Shown: positions 9,973-23,518, counted from the whole stretch's first letter. The stretch is DNA of 58,350 nt, filler included, from Sphacelaria rigidula (GCA_964200075.2; 8 parts of 8 records of this genome joined end to end with filler, not necessarily neighbours in it); one strand, 5' to 3'. Notes: generated from the sequence alone by a model not told the origin. Program-made: numbers and translations.

Positions 9973-12900
9973 CGTGAGGTGTTGTTGATTTTGGAGTGTC
10001 CGCGCAAGGCGCACGTGCGATTACGGCCGTGGCGCGCAGTATTTGGGGTTTGGGGGATCATGTGTGTATGTTCTGCATGGGATCTGTGTGCGCCTCACAA
10101 CGAATGGCACGGACGGGCTGTTTCTGATCCGCAACTGTCGCTTTTGTGTATGCAAGGATCTGCGGTGGGTTGCCGTCGCATGGTGCACGAAGGGCGGGGG
10201 CGGCGATAGAATGTGGGGCGACGGTGGATGGCTATGTGTGTAGTCGGGGGTGTTTTCTACCGTAATCATGCGGTACGGTGTGCACATCGGTGACAAACGA
10301 CACGGTTCGGTGCGGGTGGGAGGGGCAAGACCTCGTGTGGCTGGAGTAAAGATGAGCATAACAATGCTGCTCTGGGCCGTCGTGTCATCGTTTCGCGTCG
10401 TAGTCGGTACACCGTACTGCACTGCGCGGCGTTGAGGCGGCGACATGGCGTCACCACGTCAAGAGCGCTGCTCCTGCAGCCCACCCCCAGTGTACAGTGG
10501 CCGAAGATCGTGAACTGTATTCGCGTAGTACACATTTTTACGTGGTGGGGCGAGCTTTGGAACTCCCATCCATCCTGTCAAGTGCTTGTAGATTGCACTA
10601 TCTGGCTGCAATCCTGGGGCAAGTGCGAGACAGGAGGGATTAGTTCAAGGCTGCAGTCTTTCGATCAAATTCGAGTCGCCCGCAGACGCACAAGTTCGCA
10701 AAGCTCATCCGCTTCTTGGGAAGTTCACTGGCCTGTACCTATAGTATCTTCCGATGGACCTCACAAAATGGACCACGAGCTGCAGTTTCGAGCTTCGTTT
10801 GGTGGGCTGAAGACATGCGGCGAATGATCGGGTGTCAATCTTAATCCCCACGAGCAGAATCACGCGGAGAAGAAAAAATATCTGCCTTCTCTGAATGTGA
10901 TGGGCTATGATTCCTTTGCTTGCATGATGACTCTCGTAAATGAGGTCGAGAACCAGGCTATCAACCGCAGGTCGGTGGTTCGCCTCGTGAGAACGCCAAG
11001 AGGCACCCCAAAGTAGCATGCACGTGGGATGCTAAGGGAGAAAATGGAACTGTGGGCGGTGCCTTTGTTCGAGTCCCTCATGATTTTTTTCGACCCGCTT
11101 CGGTAAAACTGTCGTAACGCGTTCGAATAAAGACTTCGTGTTGTATGTCTTTTCGAACGATGGCGCCTGCTTCAAAGACTCTGCTTGCCGGTGCAGAAAA
11201 ATCGTTTCTTGCTACGTTCAAGGCCGTTATTATGGACACAGTTTCTTCGGAGATCGCCAAGATTTTAGGCGTTTTTGCACCTGGCGCTTGGCGTTCTCCG
11301 AAAATGAAGCGGCCAGGATTTTTCGCCAAGCCTTCACGTTTGGCGAACGCCTACGCCTGAGTTCTTTTTGCTCTTCTTTCTGCCGATTATGCCACCTCTG
11401 TTATGCCCGTTTTTTCCAGATTAGGCTCCAAGAAAGATTAATTATGCTGCAATTATGCTCCATTATGCTTATATGCCACCTCGCAAAAAACGATGCTATT
11501 GCTCCTTTTGTGCTGGCGACCAAGCAGGAACATGAACCAAATATGATTCGCAGACATCATTGTCGTATATCTGCGAGGAGCTGAGTGAGTCTAGGAGTCA
11601 CGGCGTGAAGGTTTAACGCAAGGTTTACATCGCCAATACGCGACATGCGGCCAAAGATACGAGGGGAAAAAATTCTTCCAGCAAATTGAAGCGAGTCGGA
11701 ACGCACGGCACACGGCGTGCACTGCCTTGTTCAAATCCGTTCAAAATTCAATGAGAAGGGATGATCTACGTGAGACGTGCACACGGCACACGCACACACA
11801 CAGTCGAGAACGGCACGTTTTCGGGTGAAATTTGACACGCACACGGCCGCCTTTCATTCAATACTGGACGGATTTCCGTCAAACAAAGACTACCTTATGT
11901 AGGTGAGCAAGAACCAGTGCCGGGAGCTAACGCGCGTGCGTCGTGCGCGTGTGTGCGTGGCTGTTCGGGACTCGGTGCGTAGGTGTTGTGTTCCGTGGCT
12001 GCGTCTTGTCTGCAGCACTACAGAGATGCTGGACCAAGGGCCACCTTCGGCACCGCCGCATTGCTGAAGCTGTGTGCGGATCTGAGCTTCGATCTGGACA
12101 AAACTGCTTCAACCAACTGTTGTATGACAAATTGGGGGGACTCAGGTTCGTGTGTACGCCTGTATCATACGTAATGGCTTCACAGATTTGTTGAAACTGT
12201 TCTGTACACGGAGGATCATTTTTCTGCAGGGGTGTGGCTTCATAATGAAGCCGAAGAACAGGCACGCGGTGAATCATCTTTTAGGAGCAGCGTCGCACCG
12301 TGGTACCCTAGGGTACAATGCAGCGCAGTACAATTTACAATCACAGCACACGGTAATGCCGTGTGGTGATACATGATGATACAGTCGGTGTTGCAAGAAC
12401 GGAGCACGGTGTGCGACAAGAGTTCACGAGTACAGTGCCATTCATCGTCCTTCAAGGACGTCGACAACTCCGGTGAAGTCCATTGTGCCCGTGATGGGAG
12501 GAGCCCACTTACGATCTGATCTTGAGTGACAGAGGTCTATAGAGTGTAGGATAGTACAGAACCAATTGTTATTATGATGATACATACATTAGCGCAGTAT
12601 AGCATAAAATACTACCATCGCAGCAGGGTACGGCTTCAACACTTTTTATCCGCTTGTTAAACCCCGTGCAAAGCTGCTCCAGCAGCTGGCGTCGTCAAGC
12701 ATGCCCTGTGCTGAAACGAGACTGTCTGCTGCTGCGGTTGCAAAATTTCAAACCTTTTGCCTCATCACCCTACGTCAACGTACGTACGTCACTTCCTACA
12801 TATTCTGGGGACCTCGGTTATTCCCTGATCTGCACTCAGATTCGGGGAAAGCCGGTCTCAAATCGTGACATACGAATCTGAGGTTCCCCGGTTTGGGCCA

Positions 12901-14977
12901 AATCGGGGTCCATACAAGGCGTTTCTGGACCCGAGGTCCCCCGATCTGCGTGCAGATCTGTTTATACCATACAAGGAGGTCTTATCGCAGTCCTGCGCCA
13001 AAATAAAACATATAGGAAAATGGTTGCATAGGAGAATCATTATATGAGAGTTCAGCGGCAACCAGCCGCGAAGTAGACGTAGGTCACACGGGCGGGGAGC
13101 CCCCCAGGAAGGAGTGCCGGTCCGACACGCGACGCCGCTGGGGAGCTGTCTTCAAGGCGGGAGCGTCGGCGCTTATTTCTGGCTGGCAGGGTGAAAGTTT
13201 CCCGCGTTGGGTGGTATGGCTAGTGCTACTTTGTATTCGTGCGTTGCGGGCACAATGGTACGCCGATGTGCGGCGGCCACGCCGGACCAACTGGGCCCAC
13301 ACGATGCGCACGGGGTTGCCCATGATGTACAGAGAACATCTTTAAGAAGACGCGGCACAATGATCTGCAGGCATGCCTGATGGTAAAGTTGGACCGTTTC
13401 AAGTTTGAAAACTGCATCATGGTGTTCATGAACTCCAGTACAAAACACTGCAATGCACGACACTGTTATGGGTGCGCCTGACCCCCCCAAATGGACAAAA
13501 AAAAAGTGTCACCGACCAAATTCACGAGCAGACACGAACATATCGATTTTTGGGGCTTATCCAGGCTCATCGGGTAAAATGTGCGTTACGTCATCGGAAG
13601 AGAACGACATGGATCCAGAATTCATGTCGAGAAAAAGCGGGCTGCATTCTGAAATCAGAACCCTACCGTCGTTATTTCCGTTGTTGTTCCTCATATATTG
13701 CATGCCGCTGCGTCGCTTTTCGTCCGCGCTTGCGATACGCTGGAATGCCAGGGGGTGCTTAGGAAACATCGCTCGAAATGAAACATGAAGAATACTATTC
13801 GGGGGTACTGTGGTACATCTCTTCCTGTTCAGAATCGAAATTTTCTTGCTTGAACGGTTTATACCCGTTACAATGGACGACTGCTTCCCAACAAAACCAT
13901 CCGTCACTTCAGAACTTTCCCTGCGCGCTAACTCTAACCCCCACAGCTGTCACGTATCATATCCGAAAGGAGTGTGCCAGTCCTTTCGCTGGGTAGTTCA
14001 GATCGCCTTTGGGACCTAAGGGGAGAGATTATTTCCAAAAACCGTACACTGACCCTGAGCAGTACTGCACTTTAGGAGTGTTTCGCAGGCGGTAGGCTCG
14101 CCAACCCAGTGGCGGGAGAGATGGAGCCGTGCCTCTGCCGCACACCTCCTCCTACGAAATGCTGCGCAGTACTACACGTAGGTGATAAAGCACATCTTCT
14201 GCATACATATATATATATATATATACATAGTTGTTGTGCAAAGGTACGAAAATGACGGCGGGTGGGGGGTGGCTGTATGTGCTGGATTTTTTGCTACCTC
14301 ATCTGCCAATGTGCTGCGGGTTGTCAAAAAAAAAACGGGTAGTAAGCAGGCTGCCCGATGCAGCGACGCAGCCCACCCAGACACCAGTTCCAAACTCTGC
14401 CAGGATGAAAGTAACCACACGAGGCGTGATAGCTGGTTCAGACTGGCAAAACAACCCCGAGCGTGAGAGTTTCCACAATCTCTCGTTGTGTGTGTGTCCA
14501 GTTTTGTTTTTGCTNNNNNNNNNNNNNNNNNNNNNNNNNNNNNNNNNNNNNNNNNNNNTTAATTAATTAANNNNNNNNNNNNNNNNNNNNNNNNNNNNNN
14601 NNNNNNNNNNNNNNAAAAAAAACTACTCCATCTCGAAAGGGATGCGTGGTCAATGATCACACGGCTAAGGCAAGCAACAAATGAGTACGCCCCCCCCCTC
14701 CCCTCCCCTCCCCCCCTCCCCCCCCCAAAAAATCAAGTACTAAAGTCAACTTTCGGGGCCTTGACCTCGTATTTCGAAGCCACGCAGCCCCCATACCACA
14801 CCGTGAATACGTGAGAGAAAGTGCTGTTTGAAAGCTCTGTAATATTTTTGTAGCCCAACAATATCAACGTCCCCGGGTAATCGATGGTCAGCATCGACGA
14901 GCAGGCCAGCGTGCGGCTGGGAGCGTATGGGCGCGTGGGCACAGTCCACGTTGAAAACATTTTGTATACACGAAGCC

Positions 14978-15345
14978 GGTCGCCCCGGTGGCTCATGCAG
15001 TTGGTAATCTCGACACCCTCTGACGGTTGGGTCGTGGGTTCGAGTCTCGGAAAGATCTGGACTGTTTTCTCACACAGCGCCCAACAGAAGAGAGCGACCA
15101 TGTCGTGGATATACAAATTTCGACTTAACAGTCGACGAGGGAAAGGAACCACTGAACCCCTCTCGCGATAAAGAATAGAAGCAACCACTGCAGAAGGAAG
15201 GCGGAGAACCAAAACGAATAAAGAAAAAAAGCAACTCGTGTGTTGGCCTTCCTCCTGTGTGACCCCGGCTGGTGCGCCCACATATATACCGAGAGGTGTA
15301 GACCGACGTCCAGGATAGAGGGACGACGCACACACACACACAACA

Positions 15346-15378
<33 letters not shown>
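14978..15378 (+). mobile_element. tRNA-derived SINE, copy 1
   Basis: GGTCGCCCCGGTGGCTCA head (A box), GGTTCGAGTC (B box), shared body and (CA)n tail. Homologous to copies at 29957, 33760 and 55581. Confidence 0.85.
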
Positions 15379-17414
15379 GTGTGAAAATTTCACATGCTCA
15401 TCAACGCCCGGGCGAGGTATAAACTTGCTTTTCCACAGACGATTTTACCCAGCACAAGACGTACAGTATTCATAGCTCAGCATAAACTAGCACACAGGAA
15501 TGCGGCAGTGCTTTTCTTGAAGTCAAACGTTAGACCCCTCTTCCCTTCCTCGGGACGAGTGCGTGGCGTCAAGAAGGGATCAACGCACCTCTCCGGGGTA
15601 CACGCCTTGCATGTTGGTCTTCTGGCGGATTAGATCATGACCATCAACAATCCCGAGAGTCGACACGGTGCGAGAGTGTTGATGATCGACGATCAATCCG
15701 TCGATCAATCAATCATCAACACTCCCGAATCGCGTGGACTCTCGTCGAACAAACTCAGTCGGGCGAACTATTTTCGCTACTCACGTACGCCCTCACGCTC
15801 TCAACTAAGAAAATCAAGTATCTTGACTGAAAATCTCAAACGCATCTAGCAAGCATCGAATCCGCATTATTTCCACTCAAATTGTTCTAGTTGAGCCAAT
15901 ATACCACGGGGCCCCCGCCGCTAGCTGGGAGTGCAAAATAGTGCGTCTCACCGTAACGTCAGTGGCACATCCTGCGCTGTATATAGGGGCGAAGAGGAAA
16001 GCGTGTTGCGCGTGTCAGCGGACACTGAGCGGACAAATACGATCAATGAGCGAAGCCACATCTGTAAAAAAAAAAACTAAGCACCCTACCTACCGCCTCC
16101 ACGAAAAAGGAAAATATCGGGTATGCTGCCCAAGCACCTTGGGCGTGGGGCAGAGACCCTCGAGCGCTCCAAAACGGAAAATACACTACCCTATTTTGTT
16201 CCAAAAACCGCAGGATATTCCTTTTTTGTATATTCCCCCAAGAAGGGAACGAGATAAACACACATCAGATCCTACCTGAGGAGAACAGCATTCAAGAGAC
16301 GCAGAGGCAAACCGACACGGACAGGAATCGGGGCATCGCTCGCTCGAATATCACTACATTGTCCCGCGCACCCATTTGGGGCTTGGGGCCTACTCACGAA
16401 AAACTGCTCGCTCATGCTCCGCGGACAGCCAGTGCTGACTGATCGTCACTTGAAAAGAAGTGGAGTACAAGCAAAAAATCGTATCAGCCATGAATACTTT
16501 GACGTATTTTCTTGGTAATAAACGTGCAAGATCACTAATAATTTCACACCGTTTCCTTCCCAAGAAACTGGCACGGGGAGACGAGAACACACAACACTCG
16601 AACAACGCAGCGGGTACGAAAAACATTAGCTGAAAGCGATCATAGAGCAGACAGGCACACGCAACAGCAACAAGGCTACACCAGTTAGTACACACTCTAT
16701 AGGTATGAGTATACGAAAATCGAGACATGATTACATGAACGGTCAATAGGACAAACACACGCACACAATGGACAGGGAGGGAGGGGTACAGCGATCAACA
16801 CATACATATAGCTGTGAAAAAATTCGAGACGCAAATGAACGGGCAACATCACGATACTCGGGAGAGGTAACTTGCACGATGATACTGGACGAGCCAGGCA
16901 TCAACTCTCCGCGCCATGTTTTGAAATAGTTTAATATGTCTATATGCGAAACAGTCAAAAATATATACTCTGCAGCTAGGGCGGCGTAACTACACATGAA
17001 TCAGAGACGCATTTTTTCGTCGTAACACACACAATTTATTCACAGCGTACACTTACAGTAAAGACAATATCGTAAAAATCAATAGCCTTGTCGATTCTGG
17101 TATATGAGGGTCCCAAGTCGTGAGGCGCCCACTCACGTAGCAAAGCTCAAAGTATCAATACATACGAACAGGACAATTAATAGCGTTATTCCTAACAGCG
17201 CGACATCCAGACGATACAGTAGACCGAATCGCGCAAATAGCGCCTCCCTGCCTCTTGCTCCCATTCTTGCTTGGCATAACAATCTAGCAAGTCAAAAGAG
17301 TGAAGTGCATGAATTGGATCGCTACCCCGTCCCCGCCAGCCGTACTATACAGACACGCACGTATCGCCACGACACGACATAATTAACAGATACAAGGGCG
17401 ACGGGAAGAGAGAG

Positions 17415-17520
17415 AGGGGGGGTACTCATGATCATGCATGCCATAATCATCAGACCATTGACCTCGCATCCCTACAAAGCCGGGACGGAACACGCCGGGT
17501 TTTCGCCGGACCAGGCTCGT
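17415..17520 (-). repeat. Fragment of the unclassified element of about 500-550 bp (other fragments 7308-7378, 8866-8900, 22897-22992)
   Basis: GGGGGGTACTCATGATCATGCATGCCATA...CCTACAAAGCCGGGACGGA.CACGCCGGGTTTTCGCCGGACCAGG is shared with 42596-43738 and 53540-54100. Confidence 0.75.
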
Positions 17521-17847
17521 AGAGAGAGGGGGAGATGGGGGGGGAGTTATTGTACGGGGCTCCACAAAGGAACCCCCTTCCGGTACCCCAGACGCACGCA
17601 GACATATCCATGTCACACGTCACACAAATCTTGGTATTTCACGCTCCTTGTTGCCGTAGCAACACCCACTCTACGGAACGGTGCGAGTAATAGCTCTACG
17701 CACGCACACTTCGGAATTCAAGACACAACCACACATACACAGAACATGAAATAAAAATGACATTCAAACCGAAGCGCGCGGCCGTGCGCGAAGCAACAAC
17801 GCGGCCTACACCCAGTCCTATTTTTCTACCCTTGCGAGCGCTTGTAT

Positions 17848-19556
17848 CTACCTCCCACCGCCTAAAAAACAGGAGCAGCCCTTTTTCCGGATGTCGTTGA
17901 GCTTCGTCAGCCAACTTCGTTTCTCACCGGCGGTACCGCTGATAGTTCGCCCGCTGCCCCCGAGGCTGTCGTTTTCAGTCTCCACGCTGGTGGCGCTGTT
18001 AACGCTAGTGCGCCTGTCCACCTGCCACGCCGCCATCGCTTGGCGCTCCGCTACAGTCTGAGGAGGCGTAACGTCGGTTGTGGAAGTGTCGACAGTGGAC
18101 GGCGCAGTGGCGACAGTACTAGAAGCGCCATTTGAACACAACCCCACTGCCTTTGCCGGAGTGAGCGGCATCAGAGGCTCTTGTTCTCCGTTTTGACCTT
18201 GTTGCTGTTGCTGCTGCTGTCGCTGCTGCTCTTCTGGTCCTTGTTTTCCTCCCCTTGAATCTATCTCTTTTTGCTTAGCGACGGCGCTGAAAAGCTCTTC
18301 GGTGTCTGAACTATCGCCCTCGCAGCTCACCGTAGGCTCACCATCATACTCCTCGAACCGCGATGACTCATCAACACCACCTACTCTCCTCACCCATCCC
18401 TCCACCTTCTCTTTCTGGGAGCTCTCGCTCTGCACCTCGAGATCCCCTCCTACCCCGCCGCCGTCCTGCCTGCGAGAGACCAAATTATCGCCTTCGTCCT
18501 CCCGGGGAGAACACAAGATCTCGTGCGGCGGTTGCATCAACGCTTGGTCGTCACGGCTCACCAAATACCCGCCGCTGCTCTTCAAGTCCTGCGCCAGTGC
18601 CCTAGTCTTCTCAAATCTCCCACCCCTAACCACGGAGTCCGTTGAAATCCGCTCCTCGCAGTCGCGGTTAGGTTGCTCACGACAAGACGGAGGGGCAGGC
18701 GGCGGCGATTTCTCTTCGTCAGAGGAGTACACGCAGTCCTCCTTCGTCGAACGGGCCTCGTCGAGTCTTAGCTCCTCGCACGCGACATCTGATGCTAGGT
18801 TTACTGCAGTGCCTGGTAGAGCCTGAGGGAGATTGTCCTCATCACAGTACTGTTGAGAATCCCCTGATGTGGATCGATCGCCATCCCCTAGCTCCTGATA
18901 CCCGTAAACGGCGGCCATTCCCGGCACTTCCTTCCCTTCCCGCGCCACTTGTTGCGTGGCTCCGTCTGCCGCCGACGCTTCCAAGGCAGCGGCAGCGGCA
19001 CCAGCCGCGGTGCCTTGTACGGATTCCTCACCCATCGAGCGGTAGTCTTCGCCGAGCTCCTCGTATTCGACCGCTGCTGCTATCGGTGCTGCTGCTTCCA
19101 CCGCCGCCACTACTCTCTCCGGTTGCAACGACACTTTCCGACCGTCAGTAACTCCAAGCAGTTGAGGCCAAACGTCCAGCGCACCGTTCCCGAAGAGCTC
19201 ATGGTCGGACGAGTCGCGCGCCCGTACGAGTGAAGGCAAACACCTCGCGTCCACATCAGTGCCCCAGGATGGCACTTCGTAAGGTTCTTTAGGTGCTTCT
19301 TTGTCCACTTTGTCTCTTGACATCTGTTTGGTGCTGCTATTCTCCATGCCTAGCGCAGCCTTCGTGTTCCCGATCTCATTCGACGCATCTGCCCCTCGCA
19401 AGCACACCTGGAGGCACTCAGCAATCGAGGCCGCATCGCCGTCACCACATTTCCCACTTTGTCTGGTGCTCCGTCTCCCTCCCGGTGATTCCGAACGCAG
19501 TGAGGATGTTACTGTTTCTCTCGTGGCCTCCCTCGGGGTGGTACCCACGAATGCGA

Positions 19557-19591
<35 letters not shown>

Positions 19592-20754
19592 CCAACATCA
19601 CGATCATCGGTGCTCATGGGCGACGCTCCGGTCGACGAGTTCTTGCTGCTCTTCGAAGACGGAGGTGGTGACAAAGCACTCGTGACCCGATCGTCACGTG
19701 CTAACGTGCAGTAAGACCCCTTCCCGTCGCTATCCCCCGCGGACACCGCCACCGTACCCTCAGTCGAGACGAGTGTGTTGCCGCTACCACCGCTGCGAAC
19801 GCCGCACAAAACCGTTAAGCATTCCAGAGTCGACTCTGCGCATCCGACGCTTGCCTCGGCCTGTTGGACGGATGCCGCCGGCTCATCCTCCTCGTTGCTC
19901 CGCTCCAGAGCAACCGCGGCAACAGTCTGACCGTTTTCGGCTATGGAAACAATCGGTGGCTGCACCTTCTGAACGTCGGTCCCTGGGACTTTGACGAGCA
20001 CGCTGGCTGTTTTTCCTAGGCCTGGCTTGACTTTCACCACGACGGGACCATTATTCCCCACCGCCGCCGATTTCACGGGAACGGAGACCCGCGGATGGGG
20101 AGCGACGGCGGTGAGGGCGGCACGCGGTGCTCTAGCAGTGGGTACGGTAACCAACGCATCTCTGCCATCGCTCGCGCCGTGAAGTTGCCTTCGGGAACAT
20201 TTGCAGCAGGCGCGTTGGGGCTCCGCGAATCCGGAGATGGGCACCCTGGCGGTGGAGCACGGAGCGCAGACGGCCTTGCGACAAAGGCGGCACTTGTGTC
20301 CTTTGCGCAGTCGGGTGAAGTCGTTGTTGCACACAGCACAGCAGCGCGACACGGAACTCGGGGTGTCCTTGCGATGACTCTCATCATGTGGAGACGGCGA
20401 GTGTCCGCGGCGTCGACCATCATGTACATTTTCTCGATCGACGTCATTTACACGGCTTTCCATGGCGATTCCCCCCCCTTTTGGGGTAGCCTTTCCCGAC
20501 GACTTCCGGTGGCTTCGAAGCTGGCGCCGGCCTCCGCACGAATCAGCCACCGCCACTCGCGTTTCAGAAACAGCCGGCGCAGTCCGGGAACTTGCAGTGG
20601 ATCCGCTCCAAACGGGAGCACACGATTCAGAAGGCAGGTTGGACGCACCGGTCGAGACGTTCGGGGGCAACGCTCCGTCGGTTGATCGCTCCTTTTGATG
20701 GAGCGAATGCTGTTGCTGTTGTTTCCGGCGCCGAGAGCGCTTGTTCGACCCCAT
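17848..20754 (-). CDS. 968-aa single-exon protein with a FYVE-like zinc finger (about 20197-20343) and long disordered/acidic regions
   Basis: Uninterrupted 2.9-kb ORF from ATG. CAVCNNDFTRLRKGHKCRLCRKAVCAPCSTARVPISGFAEPQRACCKC has FYVE-type 8-Cys spacing. Confidence 0.85.
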
Positions 20755-20945
20755 TTGTTGTGGCTTCGTGCGGACAACGTGCGCCTGCGTGTGGGGTGGC
20801 AGGTTTGGGAAGCCATGATGAGCAAATTGCGCAGAAGGAGCAAGTCAGATCAGAGGTCGGGTGTGGGGATGGAGGCACCGCTGATCAAATATAGGTTTGA
20901 GACTGCTACGAGCTGGGCCAGCCTAGAGGCGGATTTGAAGTTTGC

Positions 20946-21212
20946 AGGCCCATGCTCTTTTATACATTTAGAGTTGGCCCCTGAAATTTGGTATGGATAG
21001 TGCATAGGGCATAAGAAAAAAAAATACGGAAGTACCAAAAGTTTTTTTTCTTCATGAGTTAGGGGCATTTTAATGATACCTGAAAACCGATTATTGTCCT
21101 TAACTCATGAAAAAATAAATAAATTGGCACTTCAGTATTTTTTTTATGCCCTATGCACTGTCCATACCAAATTTCAGGGTCCAACTCTAAATGTATAAAA
21201 GGGCATGGGCCT
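20946..21212. repeat. Foldback palindrome with arms of about 125 bp, probably part of a DNA transposon starting at GAGCTGGGCCAGCC (20910)
   Basis: AGGCCCATGC...CATGAGTTAGGGGCA is mirrored by TGTCCTTAACTCATG...GCATGGGCCT. The same candidate terminus occurs at 36368 and 6736. Confidence 0.85.
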
Positions 21213-21979
21213 ATCAAAAACCGGGTCGGTAAATTCGGAACAGTATTTTGCAGGCCACTCACCGGCCCACGTTTGGTTTTCGTGTTTTGAAATTTGGTGT
21301 GGGCGCTCTCTAAGGCATAATTAACAAAAAAAGCGGGTTAGGTTGATCTTTTTCATTTTTTTTCACTGGTTCAGGGCGTTTTACTATGGTCAGGACCAAT
21401 TTTTCACGAGAACGTCCGAACCTCTGTGAAAAAAACTAAAAATGAAGGCCCCTCTTTTTTTTTGTTCGGCACACTTTTGTGGTTTCCCATCCTAACTTTT
21501 TAATCACAATTCTAGAAATTGAGCTACAACAGCGCGACAAGGCTCAAGAGCAACGTTCATTTTCCCTCAAAACTCCACTAAAAACACGAAAAAAAATATA
21601 AAAAAAATGAGAAAAGGTAGCAAGCCGTTTTATTATATTTTATTATGCATTAGCGGTCCACTACACGAAATTTTATTGAACAACCCTAAAAAATGAGACG
21701 CAATGTCCAGATTAAGGGTATCTAATGCCTCTGCTCGTAACCTATGTGCGCCATATCTCGGGATAGATGACGAGTTAGGTGAGGGTGAGGGCATCTATCG
21801 TCTCCCCTTGCTCCAGAGAANNNNNNNNNNNNNNNNNNNNNNNNNNNNNNNNNNNNNNNNNNNNTTAATTAATTAANNNNNNNNNNNNNNNNNNNNNNNN
21901 NNNNNNNNNNNNNNNNNNNNAAAGCACTGTTTTAGGCTTGAGCCTCATCTCGAAGTTAAACCTCAATTCTCACAATTTG

Positions 21980-22340
21980 TTGTTATATCCAGTTGTTCAG
22001 CACAATCATCATGGCAATCATTCCTTTCCCCCCATGGTCCAGAACTTCCTTCACTATTCCGTTTGGCCCTGCTGCCTTTTTGTTCTTGAGTTTAGCTACG
22101 CACTCCTTTACTTCATCTCCGGTAAACTCTCTCTGCAATTATTTCGAGCCACTCCCCTCCCGTTTTGACATCTCTACATTTACTTCTGCCCACTCATTGG
22201 TCTCCTTCTCGGATTCCGTATCGAAATTCGCGTCAGTTTTTGTTGTTCCCAGTTTACGGTAGTACTCGACTAACCCTACTCTCTTCCCTTTCAAACTACC
22301 AACCATTTTACCGTTCTGTGCCCGTAGTGTGGCCATCCCA
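21980..22340 (-). mobile_element. LINE (non-LTR) ORF2 remnant, region just N-terminal to the RT domain
   Basis: Reading through one stop gives VEYYRKLG...GSK*LQREFTGDEVKECVAKLKNKKAAGPNGIVKEVLDHGG, the KAPGPDG-type motif of LINE ORF2. Confidence 0.8.
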
Positions 22341-23518
22341 TTGTCTCCGGAGGCAGAGTGCTCTCTGAAAAAAATGAAGAGTGATTGTTTGTTCTCACTT
22401 TCTCCAGGAACCAGGAGGAGGGGGGGAGAGATTTTCCAAACTGAGGTTTAGACTGCTGCGAAGCGTATGGAGGACTATTATGATGGCATTCAGCGCACAA
22501 CGTCTGTACCAGGCTAGTCGATAGCGCACGCACTTCTTTCACTTTGCATACACTACTGCGGCGTTGCGCCTTGTTCTCTGGCCGGATCGTTCAGGACCAT
22601 GACGGATAACTCATCGTCGAAAGGGCGACGTCCATGGAACTACCCGTACTTTTTGCCCTTGATGATGATGCTGTAGCATATCTCGCTTTAGCTCGAAAAA
22701 TCGCCAAAGCTGTTCCTGCAAGAGCCTGGTGCTTCGGAAGATACAAGGCTATGCAACAGCGTACAGGCAGACCCCACAGAAGATAAAAAATATTCCTCAG
22801 GTGAGGAGAGAAATAGTGTTTAGTGTATCAGACGAATAAACCATGGCCGCTGTCGACGAACATCGCACAAAACGCTGAATATTGCGGGCACCACGGGAGG
22901 TGTACTCGTGATCTTGCATGCCGTAGTCATAATACTACACCCCTACGAAGCCGGTAAGGAGCACGCCGGGTTTTCGCCGGACCAGACTCGCAATCGATCA
23001 CCAAGTGCCAAGGGCAGAAGGCCATGATGTGGGGGAAGGGGGGGGGTACTCATTTATTGCTTGCCTTAGTCGTTTGACCATTGACCACGCATCCCTTTCG
23101 AGACGAAGCTGTGGGAGGGGGTGGCGGGGGGAGGGGGAGGGGGGGGCGCTCCGTCAAACGAGAAGCATTGGCCAACAGGACCAAGTCGGTGGCCGAGTTT
23201 TGACTGCGCTCAAAAACACAAGCATGTCACAAAACCCTCTTGGGTACGCAAGGGTGGTGCGGACCTTCCCCGAACGTGATTTTATACCGGGCGGGTGTAT
23301 GATCAGTCGCTATTAATGTAACGGCGACAATAGCGTATGTTTCGGCAGATGTTCGCACACAAACCTTTCCAGGATGATAAGGCGCCGTCCGTCGTCGGTG
23401 CTGTAGACAGGGGTTCGGGGCCCCTCCACGCTCTGATTGAGTTCACAGACGCTCCCAGGGTATATATAGGCATGCGCGCGCGGACGTACACACACACACA
23501 CACACACAGTGGTGGTAC

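Noticed and set aside
9535..10209. Poly-Pro/poly-Gly ORFs and G-quadruplex-like tract
   Set aside because: They derive from poly-G runs beside an N gap and are likely low-quality sequence.
14978..15055. tRNA genes (also at 29957, 33760, 55581)
   Set aside because: These are SINE heads. Each continues into the same body of about 300 bp, and no complete cloverleaf is evident.
18302..20698. Several plus-strand ORFs (similar cases at 25064-25820 and 47590-48741)
   Set aside because: They are antisense shadows of GC-rich real coding sequence.
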